This document shows positions 36,980 to 44,622 of a stretch of 62,472 nucleotides of DNA, in pieces. Made by a program: the position numbers and the translations under genes. Each line of letters opens with the position of its first letter. Position 1 is the stretch's first letter. The stretch is taken from positions 1 through 62,472 of the forward strand of contig JAGPKU010000005.1 of NCBI GenBank assembly GCA_018053845.1, read 5' to 3'. The notes under the pieces were generated by a model, which saw only the letters and a program-made list of their open reading frames with translations, was not told the origin of the DNA and made no database searches. The stretch is from Syntrophobacterales bacterium (GTDB taxonomy: Bacteria; Desulfobacterota; Syntrophia; Syntrophales; UBA2192).

Positions 36980-37423
36980 TCAACGGGATCGCGCCCGATT
37001 TCGCTGCCGGCAGTTCCTGCACAGCCCGGTGAAGCTGATGACGACGCTCTCGACGGCCGCCTGCGCCGGGCGGCAGTCCCGGAGCCACCTCTCCGGGGTT
37101 GCGGCGGCGGGCAGGCAGGCGAGGCTCCGGCAGCCGCGGCAGTAGAAATGGGGGTGCGTCGGGTTGTGACGGCAGGCCATTTCGTAGAAGCTCACGCCGT
37201 GATCCGTGGCGATCTCCCGGATGATGCTTCCGGCCTTGAAGGAGGCCAGGATCCGGTAGATCGTGACCTTGTTGATCCGGCTGCCGCCGGCGATCCGCGC
37301 CAGGATGTCCTTCGCGCTCAGCGGGCTCTGCGCGTGCACCAGGGCCGCCAGGACGGCCATGCGCCGGGGCGTCTTCGCGAGGCCCGCCTGTTCGAGCGTG
37401 GTCCGGATGTCACAGTGTGCCAT
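36980..37423 (-). CDS. zur: Fur-family metalloregulator, probably Zur
   Basis: The track ORF is trimmed to ATG 37421-37423. The winged helix is TPRRMAVLAALVHAQSPLSAKDILARI...VTIYRILASF. CxxC pairs are CRGC and CRNC. The gene heads the znuACB genes. Confidence 0.7.
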   Translation of the reverse strand: MAHCDIRTTLEQAGLAKTPRRMAVLAALVHAQSPLSAKDILARIAGGSRINKVTIYRILASFKAGSIIREIATDHGVSFYEMACRHNPTHPHFYCRGCRSLACLPAAATPERWLRDCRPAQAAVESVVISFTGLCRNCRQRNRARSR

Positions 37424-37543
37424 GGCGGATCCAGGATACGATAAATGCAACTCGTTTGCAAACCGTTTTCCACGGTGCCTTCGTCCCGCGCTTGCACGGG
37501 CCGCCGAATTGGGTTATGGGTGAGCAGGTCGGGGGGGTGGACG

Positions 37544-38254
37544 ATGGACATCCTGGAGCGGGTGGCAGGGCAGTTCGAATTCTATCTCGGGCACTCCCCG
37601 CTCTTTGCCTACGTCGCGGCCTACCTGGCGGGTCTCCTCGTCAGCTTCACCCCCTGCGTCTATCCCGTCGTCCCGATCACGGCCGCCGTCATCGGTGCCC
37701 AGGGGCGAGTGTCGGGGGGGCGGGGCTTCGTCCTGTCGCTGAGCTTCGTCCTGGGCCTTGCGGTGACCTACACGGCGATCGGGATGGCGGCGGCGCTGAC
37801 GGGAAAGCTCTTCGGCGCGGCACAGACAAGCCCCCTGACGCTGGGCCTCGTCGGCGCGCTGTTCCTGCTCATGGGGCTGGCCATGCTGGGAATCGTTCCC
37901 ATCTCCCTGCAGCGTTTCGTGCCGCGGGGCCTGTCCGCAACGGGCCGCAAGGGCGTGGTCGGGAGCTTTGTCATCGGCCTGACCTCGGGGTTTGTCCTCG
38001 GCCCCTGCGCGGCCCCGGTCCTCATCGGCATCCTCGGCATCGTGGCCGCAAGGCAGAGTGTCTTTTTCGGCGGGTCGCTGCTCTTCGTCTTCTCGCTCGG
38101 CGTGGGGACGCTGCTGCTGCTGGTGGGGACCTTTGCCGGGATCCTCTCCAGCCTGCCCCGAACGGGCACGTGGATGGTTGCCGTGCAAAAAGGCTCCGGC
38201 GTCATGATGCTTGCCGTCGGGGCCTATTTTCTGTACAGTGCCTTCATCTCCTGA
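37544..38254 (+). CDS. ccdA: cytochrome c biogenesis protein CcdA / DsbD transmembrane-domain thiol-disulfide transporter
   Basis: The track ORF is trimmed to ATG 37544. The product is a multi-TM protein with SFTPCVYPVVP and VLGPCAAPVL motifs, one conserved Cys in each of two TM helices. Confidence 0.8.
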   Translation: MDILERVAGQFEFYLGHSPLFAYVAAYLAGLLVSFTPCVYPVVPITAAVIGAQGRVSGGRGFVLSLSFVLGLAVTYTAIGMAAALTGKLFGAAQTSPLTLGLVGALFLLMGLAMLGIVPISLQRFVPRGLSATGRKGVVGSFVIGLTSGFVLGPCAAPVLIGILGIVAARQSVFFGGSLLFVFSLGVGTLLLLVGTFAGILSSLPRTGTWMVAVQKGSGVMMLAVGAYFLYSAFIS

Positions 38255-38272
38255 GCGAAAGGTCTGCACCCG

Positions 38273-38764
38273 ATGCCCGTGACGCGGCTGATCCTGCTCG
38301 TTTCCTGCCTTCTGGCGGCGGCCTGCTCGCCCGGCGCGGAAGCCCCGAAGGGCCCGCCCCCCCTGATCGCCGTCGACACCCCTGCACCCGATTTCCGCCT
38401 CCAGGATCTCCAGGGTCGTGAGATCCGTCTTGTCGACCTGAAGGGCCGGCCGGTCCTGCTCGTCTTCGGCACGACGTGGTGCCCCTACTGCAGGGAAGAG
38501 ATTCCCCGGATCAAGGAAATCTACGCCCGCGGCAGGGCCGCAAACCTCGAGGTGCTCAACATCTACATCAACGAGACGGAAAAAAAGGTCGCCGCGTATG
38601 CGGCCCGTCACGCCCTGCCGTATCCGGTGCTGCCGGACCCGGACGGGACGGCGGCCGGGCGCTACCAGGTCAGGGGCGTCCCGATGCTCGTCCTGGTGGA
38701 CCGGCGGGGCAAGATCCTCTGCCTGCAGTGCAGGAATCTCGATACCCTCCTCAAGGGCCTCTGA
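38273..38764 (+). CDS. TlpA/ResA-like thioredoxin-fold thiol-disulfide oxidoreductase lipoprotein
   Basis: The lipobox is LLAAAC. The redox motif WCPYC lies in the context PVLLVFGTTWCPYCREEIP. Confidence 0.8.
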   Translation: MPVTRLILLVSCLLAAACSPGAEAPKGPPPLIAVDTPAPDFRLQDLQGREIRLVDLKGRPVLLVFGTTWCPYCREEIPRIKEIYARGRAANLEVLNIYINETEKKVAAYAARHALPYPVLPDPDGTAAGRYQVRGVPMLVLVDRRGKILCLQCRNLDTLLKGL

Positions 38765-38833
38765 GGCCTCCGAACCCCGATCCCGTGATCCTCCTTCGGA
38801 GAATTCTTGCTTTTTTGGGAAAACGGCCTTATG

Positions 38834-38856
38834 ATGCGAATGAGAATCATTCGCAT
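38834..38856. promoter_or_regulatory. Fur box directly abutting the feoB start codon
   Basis: ATGCGAATGA-gaa-TCATTCGCAT has perfect 10-bp inverted arms. The central 19-mer GCGAATGAGAATCATTCGC matches GATAATGATAATCATTATC at 14 of 19 positions by my count. Confidence 0.6.
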
Positions 38857-40848
38857 ATGGAACATCCAGCCGCAGTCACAGCGCAAACGAAATCCCTGTC
38901 GCCGGGCGTCCTGCCCGGGGAGCGCAGGCTCGTCCTGGTCGGCAACCCCAACGTCGGCAAGAGCAAGATTTTCTCGATGCTCACGGGGGAATACGTCGTC
39001 GTGTCTAATTACCCGGGCACCACGGTGGAGGTCAGGTCCGGCAGGACGCCGGAGCTGGACTATCACGTGGTGGACACGCCCGGGATCACCGGCGTCGTGC
39101 CCCGCAGCGACGAAGAGCGCGTCACCCTCAACACGCTTCTCACGGAGGGCCTCGCGGCGGTCCTCCAGGTCGGCGACGCGCTGAACCTCAGGCGGACGCT
39201 GCTGCTGACGATGGCCCTGATCGAGGCGGATGTGCCGCTCGTCCTCGATCTCAATCTCGCCGACGAGGCGGAAAAGAAGGGTTACGTCATCGACACGGCC
39301 CGGCTCTCGAAGCGCCTCGGCATCCCCGTGGTGCAGACCGTCGCGACCCGGGGGACAGGCCGCAGGCAACTGCTGGAGGCCCTTCGCAGCCCCGCGAAGT
39401 CCCCGCTGCGGATCGCCTACGATTCCCGCGTGCAGGAGGCCGTGGAGGCTATCGCGGGCCTGCTGCCGCCGTATCCGGTTTCCCGCAGGGCCGTTGCCCT
39501 CACGCTCCTCTCGGGGGACCCGTCGCTCGTGGACGCCCTCTTCGGGGATCAGGCCGGGCAGAGCCGGGCGATCCAGGACATCATCGTGCAGACCCAGTCC
39601 CGCGTCCTCGAGCCCCTGTCGAGGGTCATCCTCGATGCCCGGCTGGCCCTCGTCGAAAGGCTCATCCGGGAGTGCGTGACGCTGCGCGAGGGCCAGGGGT
39701 TCCGATCGCACTTCGCACACGATCTGGACCGTTTCTCGACCCACCCCCTCGGGGGCGCGCTGCTGATGCTCGGGATCCTTTACGTCATCTACGAGTTCGT
39801 CGGGGTCTTCGCCGCAGGGACAGTCGTGGACTTCGTCCAGAACGTGATCTTCGGCGAATGGGTGCTTCCCCCGATCGTGGAGTCCCTTTCCCGATTCCCC
39901 TATCCCCTGGTGCGGGATTTCCTGGTCGGGCCCTACGGCCAGATCACCATGGGCATCACCTATTCGGTTGCCATCGTGTTCCCCACGGTGACGGCGTTCT
40001 ACATCGTGTTCTCCTTCCTCGAGGACACAGGCTACCTCCCGCGCCTCGAGGTGATGATCAACCGGCTCTTTTCCCTGATCGGCCTCAACGGCAAGGCGGT
40101 CATCCCGATCGTGCTGGGCTTCGGCTGCGGCACCATGGCCGCCGTCGTGACGCGGATCCTGGAGACCCGCCGGGAGCGCATCATCGCGACCCTCATCCTG
40201 GCCCTCGGGATCCCCTGTGCGCCCCAGACGGGACTGATCCTGGGCATGTTCGCCCGCATCGGGTTCGTCCCGCTCGTTCTTTTCTTCGTGCTCCTCGCCG
40301 CACAGCTCATGCTGGCGGGCTGGCTGGCCTCGAAGCTGCTGCCGGGACAGACGCCGGCCTTCGTGACGGAGCTGCCGCCCTACAGGCTGCCCGAACTGCG
40401 CAACGTGGCCGGAAAGACGGTGTATCGCTCCTACTGGTTCGTGCGAGAGGTCATCCCCTGGTTTCTCCTGGGCACGGCGCTGCTCTTCGTCGCCGATCGC
40501 ATGGGGGCCCTGGACGAGCTGAAGCGGATCCTGAACCCTGTCGTTGTGGGGTGTCTCAGCCTCCCGGCGGACACGACGGAGGGGTTCATCCTCGGGTTCC
40601 TGAGGAGGGAGTACGTGGCCGCGTACTTCTTCGACCTCTACGGACGCGGCCTTTTGGATCATCTCCAGGCCTTCGTCGCCACCATGGTGATGACGCTGTT
40701 CGTGCCCTGTGCCGCCAACACCTTCGTGATCATCAAGGAACGAGGGGTGCTGGTCGGTACGGGCATCATCCTGTTCGTGTTCGCCTACGCCATCGCCTTC
40801 GGCGGGGCCCTCAACGCCTTCTTGAGACTGCTGCACGTCACGTTCTGA
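38857..40848 (+). CDS. feoB: ferrous iron transporter FeoB
   Basis: Track ORF 38476..40848 is trimmed to ATG 38857. The G-domain motifs are LVGNPNVGKSKIF and VVDTPG, followed by the polytopic membrane domain. Confidence 0.9.
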   Translation: MEHPAAVTAQTKSLSPGVLPGERRLVLVGNPNVGKSKIFSMLTGEYVVVSNYPGTTVEVRSGRTPELDYHVVDTPGITGVVPRSDEERVTLNTLLTEGLAAVLQVGDALNLRRTLLLTMALIEADVPLVLDLNLADEAEKKGYVIDTARLSKRLGIPVVQTVATRGTGRRQLLEALRSPAKSPLRIAYDSRVQEAVEAIAGLLPPYPVSRRAVALTLLSGDPSLVDALFGDQAGQSRAIQDIIVQTQSRVLEPLSRVILDARLALVERLIRECVTLREGQGFRSHFAHDLDRFSTHPLGGALLMLGILYVIYEFVGVFAAGTVVDFVQNVIFGEWVLPPIVESLSRFPYPLVRDFLVGPYGQITMGITYSVAIVFPTVTAFYIVFSFLEDTGYLPRLEVMINRLFSLIGLNGKAVIPIVLGFGCGTMAAVVTRILETRRERIIATLILALGIPCAPQTGLILGMFARIGFVPLVLFFVLLAAQLMLAGWLASKLLPGQTPAFVTELPPYRLPELRNVAGKTVYRSYWFVREVIPWFLLGTALLFVADRMGALDELKRILNPVVVGCLSLPADTTEGFILGFLRREYVAAYFFDLYGRGLLDHLQAFVATMVMTLFVPCAANTFVIIKERGVLVGTGIILFVFAYAIAFGGALNAFLRLLHVTF

Positions 40849-40853
40849 GGGGT

Positions 40854-41585
40854 ATGCCCATGGACGAAATCTGCAAGCCCTGCAGGGGGGAGGAACTCGA
40901 CGAGATCCTCGAGGAGATCTGGACGACCCTCGAGAGCCGGGGGGAGAGCCCCGCGGCGGGCTCCCGCATCCCGCCGGCCCTGTCCGGCCCGGCCGAGCGC
41001 CTCGTCCAGGACGGGCTCGCCCGGCAGGGGGCCAAGGAGCTGCTCCTGACGGAACAGGGGTATCAAAAGGCCAAGGAGATCATCCGGAGCCACCGGCTGG
41101 CGGAGCGGCTCCTGCATGACGTGCTCAATCTGCAAAGCGATGAGATGGAGCACTCGGCCTGCCGCTACGAGCACATGATGGGCTCCGAGGCCACCGATTC
41201 GATCTGCATCCTGCTGGGGCACCCGCGCACCTGCCCGCACGGCAAACCCATCCCCCCGGGGGACTGTTGCGAGGCCGGGGAGACCACGCTGAGGCCGCTC
41301 GTCGTGCCCCTGACCGAACTCGAACCCGGCGAAACGGCGGCCGTGGCCTACATCGGCACGCGCGACAACGCCCGCCTGTCCTACCTCACGTCGCTGGGCG
41401 TCATGACGGGACGGCCCCTGGAACTCGTGCAGCGGCGCCCGTCCTGGATCGTGCGGATCGACGAGAGCACCGTCGCCTTCGACGAGGCGATCGCACGGGA
41501 GATCTTCGTGAGGCCCACCCAGCGCAAGAGGAGGGCCGCCAAGGAGGCGGGGCGTCGTTTCCGTTGGCGATACGGCCGCCCCTGA
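40854..41585 (+). CDS. DtxR/IdeR/MntR-family metal-dependent regulator with a C-terminal FeoA/SH3-like domain
   Basis: This is the tail of track ORF 39672..41585. The start is ATG 40854 or 40860; GAGGGG lies 7 nt before 40860. The metal-binding and dimerisation region is HRLAERLLHDVLNL...EHSACRYEHMMGSEATDSICILLGHPRTCPHGKPIP. The FeoA-like part is LTELEPGETAAVAYIG...GRPLELVQ. Confidence 0.75.
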   Translation: MPMDEICKPCRGEELDEILEEIWTTLESRGESPAAGSRIPPALSGPAERLVQDGLARQGAKELLLTEQGYQKAKEIIRSHRLAERLLHDVLNLQSDEMEHSACRYEHMMGSEATDSICILLGHPRTCPHGKPIPPGDCCEAGETTLRPLVVPLTELEPGETAAVAYIGTRDNARLSYLTSLGVMTGRPLELVQRRPSWIVRIDESTVAFDEAIAREIFVRPTQRKRRAAKEAGRRFRWRYGRP

Positions 41586-41600
41586 GCGGAGGAGCGGAAG

Positions 41601-42002
41601 ATGGAGCATGTGCAGAAATCCTTGCGGATGACCCCGCGGCGGGAAACCATCCTGGCGATCCTGCGCGAGCACGGCCACCTGGACGCCTACGAGCTCCTCG
41701 AGCTGGCGAGACGGAAGGATCCCCGGATCAGCCTGGCGACCGTCTATCGCGCCCTGGCGTACTTCCGGGAGCGGAACGTGATCCAGGGACGGAGCTTCGG
41801 CGAGGGGCACTCCCACTTCGAGATGCACGACGGCAAGACGGGAACACACGCCCATTTCGTGTGTACGCGGTGCGGAAAGGTTCGCGAGGTCAAGGGGAAA
41901 TTCATCCGGGACATCCAAACCCTTGCGCAGAGGGAGAAGTTCAGGGTCACGGGGGCACACCTCGACCTGTTCGGGCTCTGCGAGGACTGCGCGGCACGCT
42001 GA
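41601..42002 (+). CDS. fur: ferric uptake regulator family protein
   Basis: The 133-aa product has MTPRRETILAILREHGHLDAYELLELARRKDPRISLATVYRALAYF, HSHFEMH, and the CxxC pairs FVCTRCG and GLCEDC. Confidence 0.85.
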   Translation: MEHVQKSLRMTPRRETILAILREHGHLDAYELLELARRKDPRISLATVYRALAYFRERNVIQGRSFGEGHSHFEMHDGKTGTHAHFVCTRCGKVREVKGKFIRDIQTLAQREKFRVTGAHLDLFGLCEDCAAR

Positions 42003-42029
42003 GGTCCCGGGACCGAAGGGAGCACGGCC

Positions 42030-42620
42030 ATGGCTGCAGCCGGACGATTCGAGGAGAAGGGGACCCGGTATTTCCGGAGGCCCGGGAGGGGCAACACGGC
42101 GGACGTTCTCGAGGCGGCCGCCGCCCGCGCCGAAGAGCTCGGGATCGCGAGCGTCATTGTCCCGAGCGTGAGCGGCAGGACGGCGCTCGCCGCGCGGCGA
42201 GTCTTCGGCCCGCGCGTGCGGGTCATCGCCGTCACCCACGTGGCGGGCTTCGAGAGGCCCGACCGCCAGGAGATGACGCAGGCGGCCCGCAGGCGACTCG
42301 AGAAGGCCGGGATCGCCGTTTTCACGGGGCAGCACGCCTTCGGGGGCGTCGGGCGCGCGGTCCGGAACAAGCTGGGGACCTACCAGGTCGACGAGATCAT
42401 GGCCTACACGCTGCGGACGTTCGGGCAGGGCACCAAGGTGGCCGTCGAGGTCGCTCTCATGACGGCCGATGCCGGGCTGGTCCGGACGGGCGAGGACGTC
42501 ATCGCGCTGGGCGGGACGTACGAGGGGGTCGACACGGCCCTCGTTCTCCGGCCTGCCAACAGCGCCCGGTTTTTCGATCTGAAGGTCCGGGAACTGATCT
42601 GCAAACCGAGGGATTTCTGA
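42030..42620 (+). CDS. stand-alone pyruvate kinase C-terminal (alpha/beta, PK_C-like) domain protein
   Basis: The 196-aa product has ADVLEAAAARAEELGIASVIVPSVSGRTALAARRVFG...VIAVTH...GTKVAVEVALMTADAGL. The assignment is by resemblance to stand-alone PK_C proteins and was not verified by search. Confidence 0.5.
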   Translation: MAAAGRFEEKGTRYFRRPGRGNTADVLEAAAARAEELGIASVIVPSVSGRTALAARRVFGPRVRVIAVTHVAGFERPDRQEMTQAARRRLEKAGIAVFTGQHAFGGVGRAVRNKLGTYQVDEIMAYTLRTFGQGTKVAVEVALMTADAGLVRTGEDVIALGGTYEGVDTALVLRPANSARFFDLKVRELICKPRDF

Positions 42621-42804
42621 CGAGGGCGGGAAGTCGAGAAGCGTTGAAGCCGGGAAGTCCGGGCAACCCGGAGAGCCCGCCTGGAAATGCCGGCCGGCCC
42701 GAGCCTCTCGACTTCATCGCGTCATCACTTCTTCAGCCCTGCGGCCGGAGACCATGACGGCGGTCACAAAGGTCCGTGAGAGGCAAAACGAAAGGAGCAA
42801 GGGA

Positions 42805-44004
42805 ATGCTGTCGGACAACATGCTGGAACGGTATGCCGAGGTGCTCATCTGGGGCCTGCACACGGCGCGGAAGAAGCCCTACCGGAAAGGCGAGATCGTG
42901 CGGGTGGTCTTCGATTTCCCCGCCGTCCGCCTGGCGGAGGTCCTCCAGGGAAAGCTCATCGAGCGGGGCCTCCACCCCGTGCTGCGGTCGGGGCTGACCC
43001 CGGTGATGGAACGGAACTTCTACGGCCTCTCGAACTCGAAGCAGATCACCTTTCTCGCCCCCGGCGACCGCGAACTCTGTGAGCGCCTCAACGGCAGCAT
43101 CTACCTCTATGCCCCGGCGTCGCTCACGCACCTGCGGGACGTGGACCCCCGAAAGATCGCCGCCGCCACCGTCGCCCGCAAGGTGCTGAAGGATATCCTG
43201 GACCGTCGGGACAGCGAGGGGAGCTTCGGGTGGACCCTGTGCATGATGCCGACGGCCGAGCTCGCCAGGCAGGCGAAACTCTCGCAGGCGCAGTACGAGC
43301 GGCAGATTGTCAGGGCCTGTTACCTCGACAGCGCGGACCCCGTCGGGCAATGGGAGGCCATCTTCCGGGAGGTGGACGGGATCAAGAAGTGGCTCAACGC
43401 GATGCAGGTGGCCTTCTACCACGTCGAGGGGAACAGCGTGGATTTGAGGATCACGCCCGGCCGGGGCCGCAAGTGGGTGGGGATTTCGGGGCACAACGTC
43501 CCGAGCTTCGAGATCTTCCTGTCGCCGGACTGGCGCGGCACCGAGGGGCGGTACGTCGCCAACATGCCGTCATTCCGCAGCGGCAATTACGTCTCCGGCG
43601 TCGTCCTCGAGTTCCGCCGGGGGGTCGGTTCCGTCGTCCGTGCCGACGAGGGGGAGGCGTTCGCCCGGAAACAGATCGCCATGGACAAGGGGGCGAGCCG
43701 GATCGGGGAGTTCTCGCTGACGGACCGCCGCTTCTCCCGGATCGACCGGTTCATGGCCAATACCCTGTACGACGAGAATTTCGGCGGCAAGTACGGCAAC
43801 TGCCACATCGCCTTCGGCTCCTCCTACGCCGACACCTACGCCGGGGGCGCGGCGGCGCTCACGCCGGCGATGAAAAAGAAGCTGGGGTTCAACGATTCGG
43901 CCCTGCACTGGGACCTCGTCAACACGGAGCCCAAGACCGTGACGGCGCAGCTCGTCACGGGAAAGAGGGTGCTCGTCTATGACAACGGGGTGTTCAAGTA
44001 CTGA
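42805..44004 (+). CDS. aminopeptidase, peptidase M29 (AmpS/PepS-like) family
   Basis: The track ORF is trimmed to ATG 42805, which has GGAG 7 nt upstream. The product begins MLSDNMLERYAEVLIWGL and includes SFEIFLSPDWRGTEG, IGEFSLTD, LYDENFGG, CHIAFG and HWDL. Confidence 0.75.
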   Translation: MLSDNMLERYAEVLIWGLHTARKKPYRKGEIVRVVFDFPAVRLAEVLQGKLIERGLHPVLRSGLTPVMERNFYGLSNSKQITFLAPGDRELCERLNGSIYLYAPASLTHLRDVDPRKIAAATVARKVLKDILDRRDSEGSFGWTLCMMPTAELARQAKLSQAQYERQIVRACYLDSADPVGQWEAIFREVDGIKKWLNAMQVAFYHVEGNSVDLRITPGRGRKWVGISGHNVPSFEIFLSPDWRGTEGRYVANMPSFRSGNYVSGVVLEFRRGVGSVVRADEGEAFARKQIAMDKGASRIGEFSLTDRRFSRIDRFMANTLYDENFGGKYGNCHIAFGSSYADTYAGGAAALTPAMKKKLGFNDSALHWDLVNTEPKTVTAQLVTGKRVLVYDNGVFKY

Positions 44005-44079
44005 AAGGCTGAAGGAGAAAGGCGAAAGACGAAAGACGAAAGACGAAAGACGAAAGACGAAAGACGAAAGACGAAAGAC
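44003..44079. repeat. heptanucleotide tandem array, 11 units (GAAAGGC TGAAGGA GAAAGGC then GAAAGAC x8 perfect)
   Basis: I read this directly from the sequence. It begins inside the TGA stop (44002-44004) of the M29 peptidase gene and fills most of the gap to the convergent ferredoxin gene. Confidence 0.92.
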
Positions 44080-44118
44080 CGGGGTGGAGCCTTGCCGCTT
44101 GCGCCTCGAGGCCCGGCT

Positions 44119-44310
44119 TCAATCCTCGATGTCGATGGCTTCGACGGGACAAGATTCGGCGGCTTCCCGGCAGGCATCCTCGAATTCGGAGGGGATGTCC
44201 TCATCGTAGCGGCAGACCGCGAGTTCGTCCTGCATCTCGAAGACGTCGGGGCAGATGTCTACGCAGCTCTCGCAGCCGATGCAGAGCTCCTGGTTGACGG
44301 CGGCTTTCAT
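44119..44310 (-). CDS. small monocluster [4Fe-4S]/[3Fe-4S] ferredoxin
   Basis: The 63-aa product is MKAAVNQELCIGCESCVDICPDVFEM...ACREAAESCPVEAIDIED, with the pattern CxxCxxC...CP plus C...CP. Confidence 0.85.
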   Translation of the reverse strand: MKAAVNQELCIGCESCVDICPDVFEMQDELAVCRYDEDIPSEFEDACREAAESCPVEAIDIED

Positions 44311-44528
44311 TTCCCCTCCTTTTCCGGGTTGCCGGCTGGCGTCGAGACGATAACCGCTGGAAAAATCGAAACCATGGGACGCGACGCTGTTTATGGACGA
44401 GATGCGGCGAAAAAGTCAACTTTTTTTTCGGCCCGCGAGAACGCGTGCGAGACAGGCGATGCCTGCGGTCCCGCGGGCGTTCGAGAAAGACACCCGGGAG
44501 GATGAAAAAGGAAACCCCTTGACAGGGG

Positions 44529-44557
44529 GACCCATTCTTCAGATATTAAACGGCGTC
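44529..44557 (+). promoter_or_regulatory. candidate sigma-70 promoter for the suf genes
   Basis: TTGACA (44529-44534), a 17-nt spacer and GATATT (44552-44557). The -10 box ends about 65 nt upstream of the sufC ATG. Confidence 0.45.
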
Positions 44558-44622
44558 CGGCAGGACACGCTTTGCGGTGAAACGCACCGGGCCGAAGAGA
44601 GCCGGGGAAAGGAGAACAAGGG

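Noticed and set aside
38476-38856. The N-terminal 127-codon extension of the feoB track ORF.
   Set aside because: It overlaps the TlpA-like oxidoreductase gene in another frame and crosses the Fur box. The FeoB G-domain begins shortly after ATG 38857.
42651-42680. GGGAAGTCCGGGC, which resembles the RNase P RNA P4 region (GGAAAGTCCGGGC).
   Set aside because: The intergenic space is only ~130 nt, far too short for RNase P RNA. None of the other conserved regions are present.
43977-44209. ORFs 43979..44209 (+) and 43977..44204 (-), with repetitive peptides (KDERRKT and SSFVFRL repeats).
   Set aside because: They are produced purely by translating the GAAAGAC heptamer array (21-nt periodicity). 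There is no start context, and they overlap the ferredoxin gene.
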